A DNA stretch of 64,000 nt. Source: Antedon mediterranea (taxonomy: Eukaryota; Animalia; Echinodermata). Of this stretch, positions 1 to 23,662 are shown one piece after another; the first letter of the stretch is position 1; each line of letters starts with the position of its first letter. The DNA lies in contig NC_092672.1 in NCBI RefSeq assembly GCF_964355755.1, positions 28,464,437-28,528,436 on the forward strand. The letters run 5' to 3'. The translations under genes and the position numbers were made by a program. The notes below the pieces were generated by a model. That model did not search any database. It was not told the origin of the DNA and worked only from the letters and a program-made list of their open reading frames with translations.

Positions 1-612
1 ATAAATCCTTAAATTAATGATTTTACAGGCGTGTTTCTCGCACACTGTTCGCGAATTTCACTTATTCAATGTTCAATATTTTTGTTTCTATGGAGCGCCA
101 AAAGAGCAACGATAATAGAGGACTAAAACTCAGTGGAATGCGTCAATTTCTCATGCATTTATTGGTGAAAAACACGTTTTATTTCAATATATTTGTTAAT
201 TTGTCAATAAAAATGCTGTAATATGTTATTGCTGATACTGTTCTGTTTTCAAAGAATAATAATCGATCCTAAATCAACATCACTACCTAGTCTAGTCCTA
301 GGACATCCTACTAAGGATATTATGATGAATTTTTCTATTTTATTCTTTAAAAGGTTACCGAAACCGTGTACATTATCAACAGTACACCGGTGAACAGTAA
401 CATTTTTCCTTACTGACAGTGACAAAATCTATTGAAATTGTACCTGATTTTCACCAAATAATGCGTTAAATATAAATGGATTCCACAGAGTTTTTAGCCC
501 TCTAATTAATTTTGCTCTTTTGGCGTTCCATAGAAATCAAAATATTGAACATTGAGTGTGCAAAATGCGAGAAAAACAACGTCTGTAAAATCACCAATTT
601 AATGGATTTATT
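1..612. mobile_element. Foldback/MITE-like element with long imperfect terminal inverted repeats (left end cut by window edge)
   Basis: 1-~140 (ataaatcc...ttcaatattt...ctatggagcgccaaaagagcaa...aaaactcagtggaat) is the approximate reverse complement of ~480-612 (attccacagagttttt...ttgctcttttggcgttccatagaa...aatattgaacattga...ggatttat). Confidence 0.65.
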
Positions 613-1240
613 GTTACTTTTATGTGATTTTTCTTCATTAAAGTAGGCCTACTAATTCTAAGCTGTGGTATTCAGGATAAAGTTGGTTAAAATACAAGGC
701 AGGTGCAAAAGGAAACTAGCCTAGCGGGCCTAGGCCTAGGCTACTTCAATTTCGGTGATTTCCTGCCTTGCAATTTTGAGAAATGATAAAATGATGCCTC
801 GCATTTTTTGATGATGGTAAAACGATGCCTCGCATAAATTTCTGACTTGCCTCGCGTGCCTCGCACTTTGTTACTACCCTATGCATTCATTATTGCCAGC
901 GATCTAACTTACTACTAAACAATAGCTAGGTACGCACTTGTCTGGCGGTATCCCTTTGTACGAATCGTTCAACGTTGGGTCGAGACGCGTGATATCAAGT
1001 TTCATCCAGGGACCAAAATGTGTAATGTGTTATTTTCCAGGCGAAGTTTACCGACGGTTACGTCGTGTACTGCGTCGACGTACGCTACACTACAGCAAAA
1101 ACGAATTATGTTAATTGTTCGTTTGTTCACCAATTTTTTAATTTACAAATAACCTTCTGTACCGTGGGGCACCTAAAATAAATTTTTCATCCATTACTAA
1201 ACAAAAAAACATGCAATTTTCGCTTAGCCAACATTATAGC

Positions 1241-3554
1241 TGTAACCTTGACGTCACGTGCGGTTCTGGGAGTCAAAACGAATTAAACGCGTTCACAAAG
1301 GTATAGATATAAATAATGTTTACTGGGACGGATCCAGACATTTTTGAGAGGGGGGGGTCCGCCGATAAAAAGGGCACATCAGATATTGAGTATTTGAGCC
1401 ACAGCCCCCCCATGGTGGGGGTTGTGGCGAAGCGAATTTTGTTACAGGACACACTTAGATGGCCGGAAATGGCACTCTCGCACGCAAAATCCATGATAAA
1501 TGGCACCTTGTTCGCCGGAAATGACACTTTATTAGCAGGGATAACGATGCAAAATTAAAAGTTGTTATTTTTCAACCAATTTAAACATTATCTGTTGGTA
1601 TTTTGTTTCAATATTCCAATAAAGAAAGAATTACGAAAATCGGACTTGTAGTTTTCGAAATATAGGGTCTAAAACATTGCCGAAAATGATCGTTTTTAGC
1701 CACGAACGTTGTAAACAAATTGCGCCATTTTTCGCTAAAATAATTACATATAATTACGTTTTATAGTAATTTCTTTTATATATCAACATTGGAAATATCA
1801 ATAAAATTTGTTATTAAATGTTTATAAAATATATAGAGTTGTTTATTTAACGGAATTCGTACAAATTCATTGCTCTGAATTTGTGTAGTACCGTTTCAGT
1901 ACAGAGAGATCACGTGACTTCTTGGTACACGCGAGAGAAAACATTCCGCTGTGGGTGATTCGCGTCCACCAATCAAATAGCCAGAATCCAAAATCATTCA
2001 ACCGTGAGCTCTGCCGATCACGGAAAAGCTCAGCTTTGATTGGCTTACGATGACATCATATCACGGTGGTTGTAGTTGAGCCTCACGTAATTTTCACAAA
2101 TATTGTTTCAAAAATGAAATAAATGAACCTTCTTTATGGTACGTATGTGTGATTTTTCTTTAAAAGATTTGAATAATAAAGGCTTCATATCGAGAAAAAA
2201 AAACATTTTTTTGGCACTTATAATAAATATTTCTCAGAGAAAAAAGCACATGGCTTGTAGAACTATATTATCTTGGCGTAGGAAGACAAACAAATCCCAG
2301 GTCATGAGAGGCTCAACTACAAAAACAAGGTTGAATAGTGTAAGGACCGTTCGATGATTTTTGAGTAAACAATCTACCGCGTATGGTCGTACGCGCTAGA
2401 TAGTACGATATTTTAACTACATTTTTTACATGTTTGGTTGGATGTAAATTGTAATGGAAATAAAAAATTGTTGATCTGATTGAATGATATGTAAATAAAC
2501 AAATACTCAAAAGAATTATGTTTACAGTTCAATTATTTTCAGAATAATAATACATAAAAATGTGTTTACCAATGGACAAATAATCGCGTCAATGACATAG
2601 CGCGCATGGTAACGTACGCGGAGTTGAATCGTAAAAAGTTTACATGCGCCCTCTGTAGTATGTGAAACGATCTATTTTTAGAAGTTTAAGTAGAGATCAT
2701 CACGCGTCACCACCTCTCACTCACGATGCTCTTTGATCGGCCGCCGTAACTTAACATCGCGCTCATTGTGATAAATTTCTGTTTTTATTTTTGGGGTTAG
2801 TGTAGCCTACTCTGTGCATACTAATATACACACAAATATGTCACACGAATAAAATATTGAACCTCTAAAAAAAGGGCACCCTTAAAATTTAGGGGGGGTC
2901 CGGACCCCGTGGACCCCCCCTCTGGATCCGCCCCAGGTTTATTCAACACGGCAATGAAACGAACGATTTGACAAATTGGTAAAACGATTGGTTGAATGGT
3001 CGAACAATTGGTTGAGCACACAATGAATAGATGTTGAACGAACACACAGCAGTGGAACGAACGATAGATCGAACGGTTTAAACTGTAAATTAATGGATAA
3101 TTAAAGCCGTCATTGTAATTAAATAATCAATTGGTATAACAATTGGAACATCTAAGCTAAATAGCTCAACAATCATATTAAACTAGATTTATAGAAAATG
3201 ATCGATTCATCATTACTGTATTACCATTACTTCAATTTAACAGTAGGCCTAGGCCTAGATTATAGTATAATTGAGTCAGTAATTATCTAGTAGGCTACAG
3301 TTAAATGATACAAAAGATTATATTATCTAAATATAAAGCATCATAAACTTACATCTGTTTCTTCACCAGAACCTATAGATTACAGGACATATTTTTAACT
3401 ATCAGTGTATTTATCTAGGCTATGAACTATCCCAAAGAACAACTCTGAGACAATCTGCCCGTTACTATGGCAATCTGACCTTACTAGGAGAAAAGTCACC
3501 TCTTGCTCACCAAACATGAAATAGAGGGCGACATTATACAATTCAAAGTTAACA
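1241..3554 (-). repeat. 3' LTR of the BEL/Pao element, split by a 1.6-kb TIR insertion
   Basis: 1241-1322 plus 2942-3554 match 7715-8409, with no differences noticed by eye. Confidence 0.93.
1323..2936. mobile_element. Non-autonomous DNA transposon (16-bp TIR, 5-bp TSD) nested in the LTR
   Basis: Ends ctgggacggatccaga and tctggatccgccccag (1 mismatch). GTTTA is duplicated at 1318-1322 and 2937-2941. The empty site is visible in the other LTR (aatgtttattcaac). No transposase ORF. Confidence 0.9.
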
Positions 3555-3717
3555 TTCCGGCCCCTTAAAGGCACCGTATGGATAGCCTTTACATAAAAAT
3601 AAACATGTCAACAAAACCTAACATTGTTAAAATTTATAAGGAAAAGATAAATTCCAAAATTGGATCTTATAAAACGCAGAAGAACAATCTGTAATGTTCA
3701 AAAGTTCATATTTCCAA

Positions 3718-6700
3718 TTAGTTGGTCGCATTCTCAAGAAGGACCAGTTTGTCAATTGGTCTCACAAGCGTTGATGTGTTTGTCTTTACTTTCACTGACC
3801 GTACAAGTCCATCCTTTTGGTTGCTGTACACTTCAAGAACTCTTCCCAATGGCCATGAACTTCGTGGTGTGTTTTCGTCAAGAACAAGCACAACATCGTC
3901 TACAGCAAAGTTTCTCTTTTGCACATTCCATTTTTGTCTTTGTTGCAGTGACGGTAAATACTCCCGTACCCATCGTCGCCAGAACACATTTGATAAGTAC
4001 TGTACTTGTTTCCATCGTCGACGATACATATCCTCCTTTGAAAAGTTACCAGGAGGTAAGCTGTTCCCTCCTCGCAACAGCAGTAAATGATTCGGAGTTA
4101 AAGGCGTCATGTCACGAGGGTCATCCGATATCTTAGTAATCGGCCGACCATTAACAATAGCCTCTGCTTCACACATTAAAGTGTTTAGGCCTTCATCATC
4201 AAGCACTTGTTGTTTCAGCACAGCCATCATGACTTTCCTCACTGTCCGAATACAGCGCTCCCATACTCCTCCATGATGAGATCCCATTGGTGGATTGAAT
4301 AACCATTTCACATTTCGTTGCAACAAGAATTCATGGATTTGTCCTTGATTCCACTCTTTAATTGCTTTATTCAGTTCCTTCTCTCCCTTTTTGAAGTTTC
4401 CTCCATTATCTGATCGAATCTCTTCTGGCTGTCCTCTTCGTGCTATGAATCTTCTCATAGCATTTATGAATGACTCCGTGTCAAGTGAGTTTGAAACTTC
4501 GATGTGGATTGCTCGTACATTGAGACACGTGAAAAGGACACCATATCTCTTCACATTTGACCTCCCCCTTTTTACTTCGAATGGGCCGAAGCAGTCAACA
4601 CCAACGTACGTGAACGGTGGCTTCGAAGGTGTTACTCGGTCTTGCGGAAGTGAAGCCATTTTTTGTTTCCCAACTGATGATTGGCGTCTCTTACAGCTGA
4701 AACACTCGTTTAGAACTTTCTTCACTGCAGTACGTGCATCAATCGGCCAGAACTTCTGTCGAACTAGGGACAGTGTGTATTCTAGTCCACTGTGTCCTGA
4801 TAAATGGTGATAGTATGTAGTAATGAGCTTCACTATGTGGTGATTCTTTGGTAGGATTATCTGATGTTTCATGTCACCGTTGATAGGTGAATTTTGAAGA
4901 CGGCCCCCTACTCTGATCACTCCCTCACTTAAGATGGGATCGAGTTTGTAGATCTTGCTGGATTTTGGTAGTGCTCGTTGCTTTTTGGTATTGCAGGGTT
5001 GAGATAGGCTTACATGCTTCAGGCAAACTTGCTCGTCTTCAAAGCATTTCTGTACATGCTTCGTGATAGCAATTTCAGCACCTTTCATCTCCAAAACATT
5101 GATTGGATCAACTGTGTCATTTCTATTAAATGAAACATCGTCTCCAGCCTTACGCCTGCGAACCACTTCTCGTAACTTTTCTTTGTACCTCAAAATCCAT
5201 GCAAACGACTTCTTCAACTTCTCCCATGATGAGTAGTAGTTAATGACTGATGAAATCGAGTCAATTACATTTATACCAGTAGCACAGACTGTGGATTTTG
5301 CCTTTACCTCTGGGTCATCTTGTGGGATTTCACCCAAGTTTGCTGGTCTTTGTGGCCATGTCCTCTCAGGTTGCTTTAGGAATTCTGGACCTTCTTTCCA
5401 ACGTTGATTGATCAATAATTCATTTACTGTCATACCTCTTGATGCTTCATCTGCAGGGTTGTACAGGCTGTCATTGAATTCTAGATTATAGTAGTCCTTG
5501 AACTGTGTTGACAACTCTTCATGTGAATCAATGTAGTTAGCGCAGTGTGTTGATCCAGAGTTCTTCCTTCCCAATGGGCCGTTGACAACCCAGCCAAATA
5601 GTGTTCTAGTGGCAAATGGACCACCATCGTGGCATGCGCGTACTTCCAGCGGTTGTAGCAATTCTGGCACATCACTTCCAATGAGAATACCAATATCTGC
5701 ATTTATTTTATCTACTTTAATCCCAGCTAGGTGAGGCCATTTGTTGATGTCATCTGGAGTAGCGATCGTATCGGTAGAAATTGGTAGGGTTTGCACTGAA
5801 TAGACGTTTGGAAGTAAGACGGAATGTCCATGGTTTAAATCCAAAATCTCCAACTTTGTAAGTTCACACTGGATTGGTCTATTTACTCCGTTCATGGTTG
5901 TCAATGATAAGTCTACAGTATTCGATGATATCCCTAATTGCTTTAGTAGACCAGTGGTGCAGAAAGTTGTGTTGGATCCATTATCCAGAAATGCATAGGT
6001 TTCTACAAGCTTGGCACTTCCTGGAGCCTTGACTCTCACAGGTACAGCAGCAAGACCAGTAACGGTTGATGTGCTTCTCGATGCCGACATGTTGACCTGT
6101 TCACCACTGAAGGTTGCTGGAGACGTCTGAACTGGTTGTACAGCAACAGTACCAGCATTACTTGCAGTCTCACCTTTGGGATGTAAATATGTTGAGTGTT
6201 TCTTCGTGCATCCGGATATTTTGCAGAAACTTTGCTTTTGACAATCTTTCACAAAATGTCCAACTGTAAGACAGTTGATACAGATTTTCTTGTCATTTAC
6301 ACATTTCCATCGGTCGTTGAGTGACTTCCGTCGGAACTGCTCACATCTGGAGAGCCAATGGTCCTCACAGCATAGCGGACACGTTGGTTGTGATGTTACA
6401 GGTGTGTTTGACTGAGAATTGTGAACGGCATAACTGCTAGATTTGTGGTTGGTCGATAATTTATCCAAATTTGGAGAATTGGTAGACTTCACTGGCTCTA
6501 TTTTACCAAAGACTGGATGAGTTGCTACCCTAGCCTTATCGGTGACAAACTTGGTAATATCCTTAATATTCACATCTCTCTTTTCCTTTACGATGATAGT
6601 GTCAACCACTTCCCGCCATCTTAGCCTTAGTCGATACGGAAGACGTTCAATGATTTTCCGAAGATTGTCTGGATTATCTAGCTTGCTAAGATATCCAATT

Positions 6701-7671
6701 TCCTGAAGTGTATTTGCACAGCTTGTTAGTTGAGTAGAGAAGCGTTGTAGAGCTATGCCATCCTCGACTTTGATAATCGGCCAATCCAGCAAGAGTTGAA
6801 CGTGGGCAGCAGCTATCTTGTATGCTTGTCCATATCTTTCCTTTAGCAAGCGTCTCGCCTCAACATATCCTTTATCATCACTCATCGATAGACAGCTTCT
6901 CATCAACTCTTGTACAGCCCCAGTCGTGTACTGTACCAAGTAGTGCAGTCTTGCACTCTGGCTCACAGTTTTGTTCTCAACAAGATGTTTGAATGAAGTG
7001 ACAAACTCGCAGTATTCAGCAGGATTGCCACTGTATAACTTCATTGACGGGTTAGGCAAGGTAAGCGCAGTAACACTTTGTTGCTGTTGTTGGACGATCT
7101 GTCTCAATGCTTCATTTTGCTTATCTTGTGCTCTCATCATTGTGGATGCCAGTCTATCTATGGCATCGATCTGCTTGTGTTGGTGGAATACAGGAGCATC
7201 CAGATTAAATGGTTGGAACACTGCTGGTTGAGGTGTAGGCTGCCACAGCATAGGATTCCCTAACAGTTCTGTCTCCTCCTTTGGAACATATTCTGCTCGA
7301 TAATCAGGAGCAAATCGTTGGTCGGGCAGATTTCCTGATGGAAGTTTGGGAGTGGTTGTTTCAATTTGAAGCTTTGGTAGAGAAAGATCTTCGAGTTCAC
7401 GATCTACTGCCTCATCCTCGTCCTGTTCAGCTTCGTTGTAAACTTTGTCGGCTGCTTCAATTGCCCCGATTTCAATTTGCAATTCCACATCAGCCTTCTT
7501 TTGTTTGATCACCAATTCCTGCATTTCCAAGTCATGCATTTCTTTCTGTCTGGCAGCTCGTTCCCTTAATGCTGCAGCTTCAGCCTTAACCCGGATCCTA
7601 GATCTGCTGCTCGATGATGAGCGTTTGGAGCTTACGCAACTCACTGAATCACTTGGTTCAACGTCAAACAT
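3718..7671 (-). CDS. BEL/Pao Gag-protease-integrase polyprotein lacking RT and most of RNase H (1317 aa)
   Basis: Gag (DUF1759-like, YSGNPAEYCEF) and three Cys/His knuckles (CPLCCEDH, CINCLTVGH, CKISGCTKKH). Aspartic protease FLDNGS, then directly NPADEASRG (RNase H C-terminal motif). Integrase HHCC and DDE (VDCFGP, SDNGGNF, WERCIR) and C-terminal WPLGRV...DGLVR. No YxDD RT motif. Confidence 0.93.
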   Translation of the reverse strand: MFDVEPSDSVSCVSSKRSSSSSRSRIRVKAEAAALRERAARQKEMHDLEMQELVIKQKKADVELQIEIGAIEAADKVYNEAEQDEDEAVDRELEDLSLPKLQIETTTPKLPSGNLPDQRFAPDYRAEYVPKEETELLGNPMLWQPTPQPAVFQPFNLDAPVFHQHKQIDAIDRLASTMMRAQDKQNEALRQIVQQQQQSVTALTLPNPSMKLYSGNPAEYCEFVTSFKHLVENKTVSQSARLHYLVQYTTGAVQELMRSCLSMSDDKGYVEARRLLKERYGQAYKIAAAHVQLLLDWPIIKVEDGIALQRFSTQLTSCANTLQEIGYLSKLDNPDNLRKIIERLPYRLRLRWREVVDTIIVKEKRDVNIKDITKFVTDKARVATHPVFGKIEPVKSTNSPNLDKLSTNHKSSSYAVHNSQSNTPVTSQPTCPLCCEDHWLSRCEQFRRKSLNDRWKCVNDKKICINCLTVGHFVKDCQKQSFCKISGCTKKHSTYLHPKGETASNAGTVAVQPVQTSPATFSGEQVNMSASRSTSTVTGLAAVPVRVKAPGSAKLVETYAFLDNGSNTTFCTTGLLKQLGISSNTVDLSLTTMNGVNRPIQCELTKLEILDLNHGHSVLLPNVYSVQTLPISTDTIATPDDINKWPHLAGIKVDKINADIGILIGSDVPELLQPLEVRACHDGGPFATRTLFGWVVNGPLGRKNSGSTHCANYIDSHEELSTQFKDYYNLEFNDSLYNPADEASRGMTVNELLINQRWKEGPEFLKQPERTWPQRPANLGEIPQDDPEVKAKSTVCATGINVIDSISSVINYYSSWEKLKKSFAWILRYKEKLREVVRRRKAGDDVSFNRNDTVDPINVLEMKGAEIAITKHVQKCFEDEQVCLKHVSLSQPCNTKKQRALPKSSKIYKLDPILSEGVIRVGGRLQNSPINGDMKHQIILPKNHHIVKLITTYYHHLSGHSGLEYTLSLVRQKFWPIDARTAVKKVLNECFSCKRRQSSVGKQKMASLPQDRVTPSKPPFTYVGVDCFGPFEVKRGRSNVKRYGVLFTCLNVRAIHIEVSNSLDTESFINAMRRFIARRGQPEEIRSDNGGNFKKGEKELNKAIKEWNQGQIHEFLLQRNVKWLFNPPMGSHHGGVWERCIRTVRKVMMAVLKQQVLDDEGLNTLMCEAEAIVNGRPITKISDDPRDMTPLTPNHLLLLRGGNSLPPGNFSKEDMYRRRWKQVQYLSNVFWRRWVREYLPSLQQRQKWNVQKRNFAVDDVVLVLDENTPRSSWPLGRVLEVYSNQKDGLVRSVKVKTNTSTLVRPIDKLVLLENATN

Positions 7672-7714
7672 CTTAGAGATAGATTATTGCAGTAGAAGAC
7701 AGATTTTAAACTTA

Positions 7715-8409
7715 TGTAACCTTGACGTCACGTGCGGTTCTGGGAGTCAAAACGAATTAAACGCGTTCACAAAGGTATAGATATAAATAATGTTTATTCA
7801 ACACGGCAATGAAACGAACGATTTGACAAATTGGTAAAACGATTGGTTGAATGGTCGAACAATTGGTTGAGCACACAATGAATAGATGTTGAACGAACAC
7901 ACAGCAGTGGAACGAACGATAGATCGAACGGTTTAAACTGTAAATTAATGGATAATTAAAGCCGTCATTGTAATTAAATAATCAATTGGTATAACAATTG
8001 GAACATCTAAGCTAAATAGCTCAACAATCATATTAAACTAGATTTATAGAAAATGATCGATTCATCATTACTGTATTACCATTACTTCAATTTAACAGTA
8101 GGCCTAGGCCTAGATTATAGTATAATTGAGTCAGTAATTATCTAGTAGGCTACAGTTAAATGATACAAAAGATTATATTATCTAAATATAAAGCATCATA
8201 AACTTACATCTGTTTCTTCACCAGAACCTATAGATTACAGGACATATTTTTAACTATCAGTGTATTTATCTAGGCTATGAACTATCCCAAAGAACAACTC
8301 TGAGACAATCTGCCCGTTACTATGGCAATCTGACCTTACTAGGAGAAAAGTCACCTCTTGCTCACCAAACATGAAATAGAGGGCGACATTATACAATTCA
8401 AAGTTAACA
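7715..8409 (-). repeat. 5' LTR of the BEL/Pao element (695 bp)
   Basis: TG...CA ends, direct repeat of the interrupted left LTR, followed by TSD ATAGC. Confidence 0.95.
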
Positions 8410-8959
8410 ATAGCTATAGTTTTTACATTTTCAATATCCTGTATGTCATGAATTTCTCACCACTCGGAAGTCCAGATGGTACGCATGCATACACCCGGGA
8501 GGAATAAACTTTTTTCCCCGACTGAAAAAGGTCTACGCTTGCGTTTTTTAAGCCTCTAGGCCTGATGTTCCCAAAGTATAAAATGCAATTTTTTGAAGAC
8601 CTGCAGCTCTAGTTTTAAACATTTTCTTAGCTCAGCCCCAACAATAAAGCTGGTCATATTTCGAAGAACAAGAAGTACATTTTCCGGGACCTAACATCTC
8701 TATTTTTCAAACATTTCTTAGTTCAGTCACAACCCATGATAGGGACTTATATATTTTTTTTCATGTTTTGAAGTATAATAAGTCCAATTTCCGGGACCTC
8801 CAACTTTTTTTTTATTTAAATTTATTTAAATTGCAAAATATGGATTGAAACCGTCATCGCGCATCGTTTTTTTTGCACGCAGTATTTTATTTATGCATTA
8901 TAAAAAATGGCTACCCTAAATCTGATTAAAAAGACCTCAAATGACGCTAGAACGCGTTG

Positions 8960-9312
8960 CTTCCGGGGGCTTTTCCCCCTGGACCCCCACCGGGGGCCCT
9001 TGGCGGCCCCTGGCCCTCAGCCTAGTGATGCTCGCTTCGCTCGCATAGCCCCCTCGTCGGGGAATGTAGCCCCCGTGTCGGGAAGATCCTGGCGCCACCC
9101 CTGCTGAGTTGGCCTCATCATGAAAGCGTTAAGTTCTGGTGTCCATCGTTCAACTAGCCCAAGCCACAACAGAGAGTCTTACATCAGTCTTTAGAACGTC
9201 AAATAACGCAAATTCAGACCCTGACCGGGGGCCCTTGGCGGCCCCCTGGCCCCCAGCCATTGTTGCTCGCTTCGCTCGCACCCCCCCATTATAAATGCTG
9301 CATACGGGCCTG
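8960..9312. repeat. GC-rich MITE-end remnants (two related copies)
   Basis: The motif ccgggggcccttggcggcccc...gctcgcttcgctcgca occurs at ~8990-9045 and ~9225-9280. Confidence 0.5.
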
Positions 9313-10501
9313 AGTTCTTTCAAATATATTGTGTATTTAAGACAATAGTTTTGTGTTCGTGTTTTATTGTATCTGGTAATCCGTAAGCAGAAATTGAAAA
9401 AGCACCAAATAAAGTTAACTTTTGAGTCTAGCTAAACATACAACTACAGCATTATAACCCTTACTCAATGAAGGAACACACCTTTAGCAGAAGGCAGAAT
9501 GATTGGGGTAGCTCCCATTTTGACAGCTAAAATGACGTGAATTACTTTTTTATATTTTTGACAGACTATTAATATTATAGTGTTACTGTTAGCGCTTCCT
9601 TGTTTAAAAAGTCCTGTATCTGCACCTGTTCAGGAACAATAAAGGGCGGATTGCTATAAAACAGTCTTAACTGATGGTCTTAACTCCCCAATTAAAGCCG
9701 GCTTTATCAGATAGACGGTCTTACTAAAGCCACCTCTGTTAGAAAATTGCTATAAAACAGTCTTAGCTAAGACTGCGTACAGTAACAAATTGAGGCCATC
9801 CTTTACGCGTAGAATACCGAATAAGGTAATGTTCGTTTCGCTTGCTCAATTCACAATCATAACAGTAATAAAATCTATACTATCTTTTTGTTGCTTATCC
9901 ATATTATTGATCGTTTGAGACGGTTTTCAGGTTAGACCATGGTATAGCAACGGTCTATAATAAACACTCTTCTACTACTTACGAATTATAGCCGGTCAAT
10001 GCTGTTTATAGAAACAATCATAATAAATATTTTAAAAATATATAAAATATTATTTATCGCATAATATACAGTCTAGGATAATTATTTGATATACAAAATC
10101 ATTACAACCAACTACGCCTACTATCTTCATCTCCTATATGCGGAACATCATTTGGATAATAGAACAAATCACACATCTACACATAATCAAACATCATATA
10201 CTCTATCTCTAACAATATTTCAATCTTCTATCGACGTAAGTATAGTCGTTATCTCGGAACCGTTCTATGGTTACCACCAGGTAGGCTTGCTTCATCAAGG
10301 CTTCTATGAATGGATGTACTGGTTGGGAGCAGAAAAGCTAGTAGACCATACCCAGTACCGTTTTGATTACGATCAATCGGGAAATTACCTCACGACCTTA
10401 TAGTGATCCGCCTCTGGTGTCCTCAAACACAAAAGCCCCCCCAAAAAGTTGTTATTCGCACTCAAAACAATAATTAAATTAAACACAATTGACAGATGCT
10501 T

Positions 10502-11167
10502 TTATGTTTTTATTATTATTTATCTTCAATAACTCTAATTAACCAAATTATCCCAAAATCAAATTACGAAAAAACTGACAGCACAACCCCAAAGTCAATT
10601 TTCTTTCATCTGTGGCTACCGTAGATCTCAATGGAGATACAAATAAAATAAGATATTATATTCAATCATTAGAAAACTAGCTTTAATTTTCTTAGTCATA
10701 CAAACCAACCCACCTACACAACATATGGTGAAATAAGCCACCACCCGTCAGTCCTCAGCCCATTCAATGGTCTTTTAAACACTTCAGTTTTATTTAAATA
10801 TTAATGGTAAAATTGTCATACTCTAAAACATGTTATGTTTTTATTATTATTTATCTTCAATAACTCTAATTAATTAACCAAATTATCCCAAAATCAAATT
10901 AAGAAAAAACTGACAGCACAACCCCAAAGTCGATTTTCTTTCATCTGTGGCTACCGTAGATCACAATGGAGATACAAATAAAATAAGATATTATATTCAA
11001 TCATTAGAAAACTAGCTTTAATTTTCTTAGTCATACAAACCAACCCACCTACACAACATATGGTGAAATAAACCACCACCTGTCAGTCCTCAGCCAATTC
11101 AATGGTCTTTTAAACACTTCAGTTTTATTTAAATATTAATGGTAACATTTTCATACTCCAAAACATA
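10502..11167. repeat. Tandem duplication, ~331-335-bp unit x2
   Basis: ttatgtttttattattatttatcttcaataactctaattaa... starts at ~10502 and ~10833, with a few substitutions. Confidence 0.9.
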
Positions 11168-11363
11168 TTGCAAAACTCTGATAAATCACTGTAAAACCTC
11201 AAAAAGAAGCCCATGTGCAGCTTCTTTTTTTAGCACTTTTGGGTGGGCTTCTTTTTGAGATTACTTTTGCAAAATAAAGAAGGGGGTCGAGGGTGGGCTA
11301 GAATAAATCTATAGTAATCTGTATACTGGTTCTCTATGCATAAATACATTTTGATTATTTTAA

Positions 11364-22695
<11,332 letters not shown>

Positions 22696-23384
22696 CTACA
22701 CTATCTTTTGGTAAAATACCGTACGGTGTTTAAAATTTAAAACACCAAAAGCCTACACACAAAAACACGTGTGTAAGTTGCGTGTCTAGCGCCACCAATG
22801 ATTTATATTCAAAAAACTTTTTATAAATTTTGGCAAGTGAATGATACTTCATTTTATAACATTGTCATTAACAATGAAATCATTTTGAATTTCTTATTAT
22901 TTTTATCACTTCGTTGTGTGCTTTATAGTCTACTGAAAAATAAACAGCAACCAGTATTGTTATCTCTTGAACTGCACTTATTTGTTGCAGTTGTCCACAA
23001 TTGAACTGCACTCTATATTATAATTATAATGGAATAAACTCGGTATGTAAAATCATAATGTTTGGATAATATTATATTGTAAATGTGCGATAGTATACAA
23101 ATAATGAATGTTTATGAGGTTGGATGGTGAGAATAGTTCATGAGTTGAAAAATTTACTGCTATTTGACGTGCTCGTATAGCATAATTTCGTTGAAAAGTG
23201 AATCAATATGATGACATCATTAAAGAAAGGTTGTAAAACAAAAATAGGAAAAAAGAGTGCATAATAATAAACGTTTAACGCGCAGTTCGCGTGCAAAAAT
23301 CTGCGCACTCATGGCAATTTTGTAAAGGCTTAAAATTGCCTGAAACGTAGGGCCTACTCTAATTTCATCGAGATAAATTTTGAC

Positions 23385-23662
23385 AATTTTTTAAATTTCA
23401 AACGTGCGCACGCATGCGTTATATACGCTACACACGTAATTGTATTGCCATATGATGAAATATGACCTGAAATTGATGAGTACCAAATGTTTTAAAATTG
23501 TGATTCATGCTTGTGAAGATATGATTACAAACGTGATTTCGTTAAATCGTGCGTAGACAACGTAATTTTTGATTGCACAGCATGAAAACATAACCACATC
23601 GATTCCTGGCCATAAGGAATTATACTCTGAAAAATTGACTTAGCTAGATGAAACTGATATCA
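23385..23662. repeat. Dispersed repeat, second copy at ~28722-28996
   Basis: ...gctacacacgtaattgtattgccatat...atgattacaaacgtgatttcgttaaatcgtgcgtagac...attcctggccataa is shared between the two sites. Confidence 0.8.

Larger units (their letters stand above)
1241..8409 (-). mobile_element. BEL/Pao LTR retrotransposon, internally deleted (non-autonomous), with paired LTRs
   Basis: LTRs at 1241-3554 (interrupted) and 7715-8409 both run TGTAAC...GTTAACA. 5-bp TSD ATAGC at 1236-1240 and 8410-8414. Polypurine tract (aaggggccggaa on minus) at ~3555-3566. Internal BEL-type ORF. Confidence 0.95.

Noticed and set aside
3660-7780. Short plus-strand ORFs over the retrotransposon
   Set aside because: Antisense shadows of the polyprotein with no recognisable motifs.
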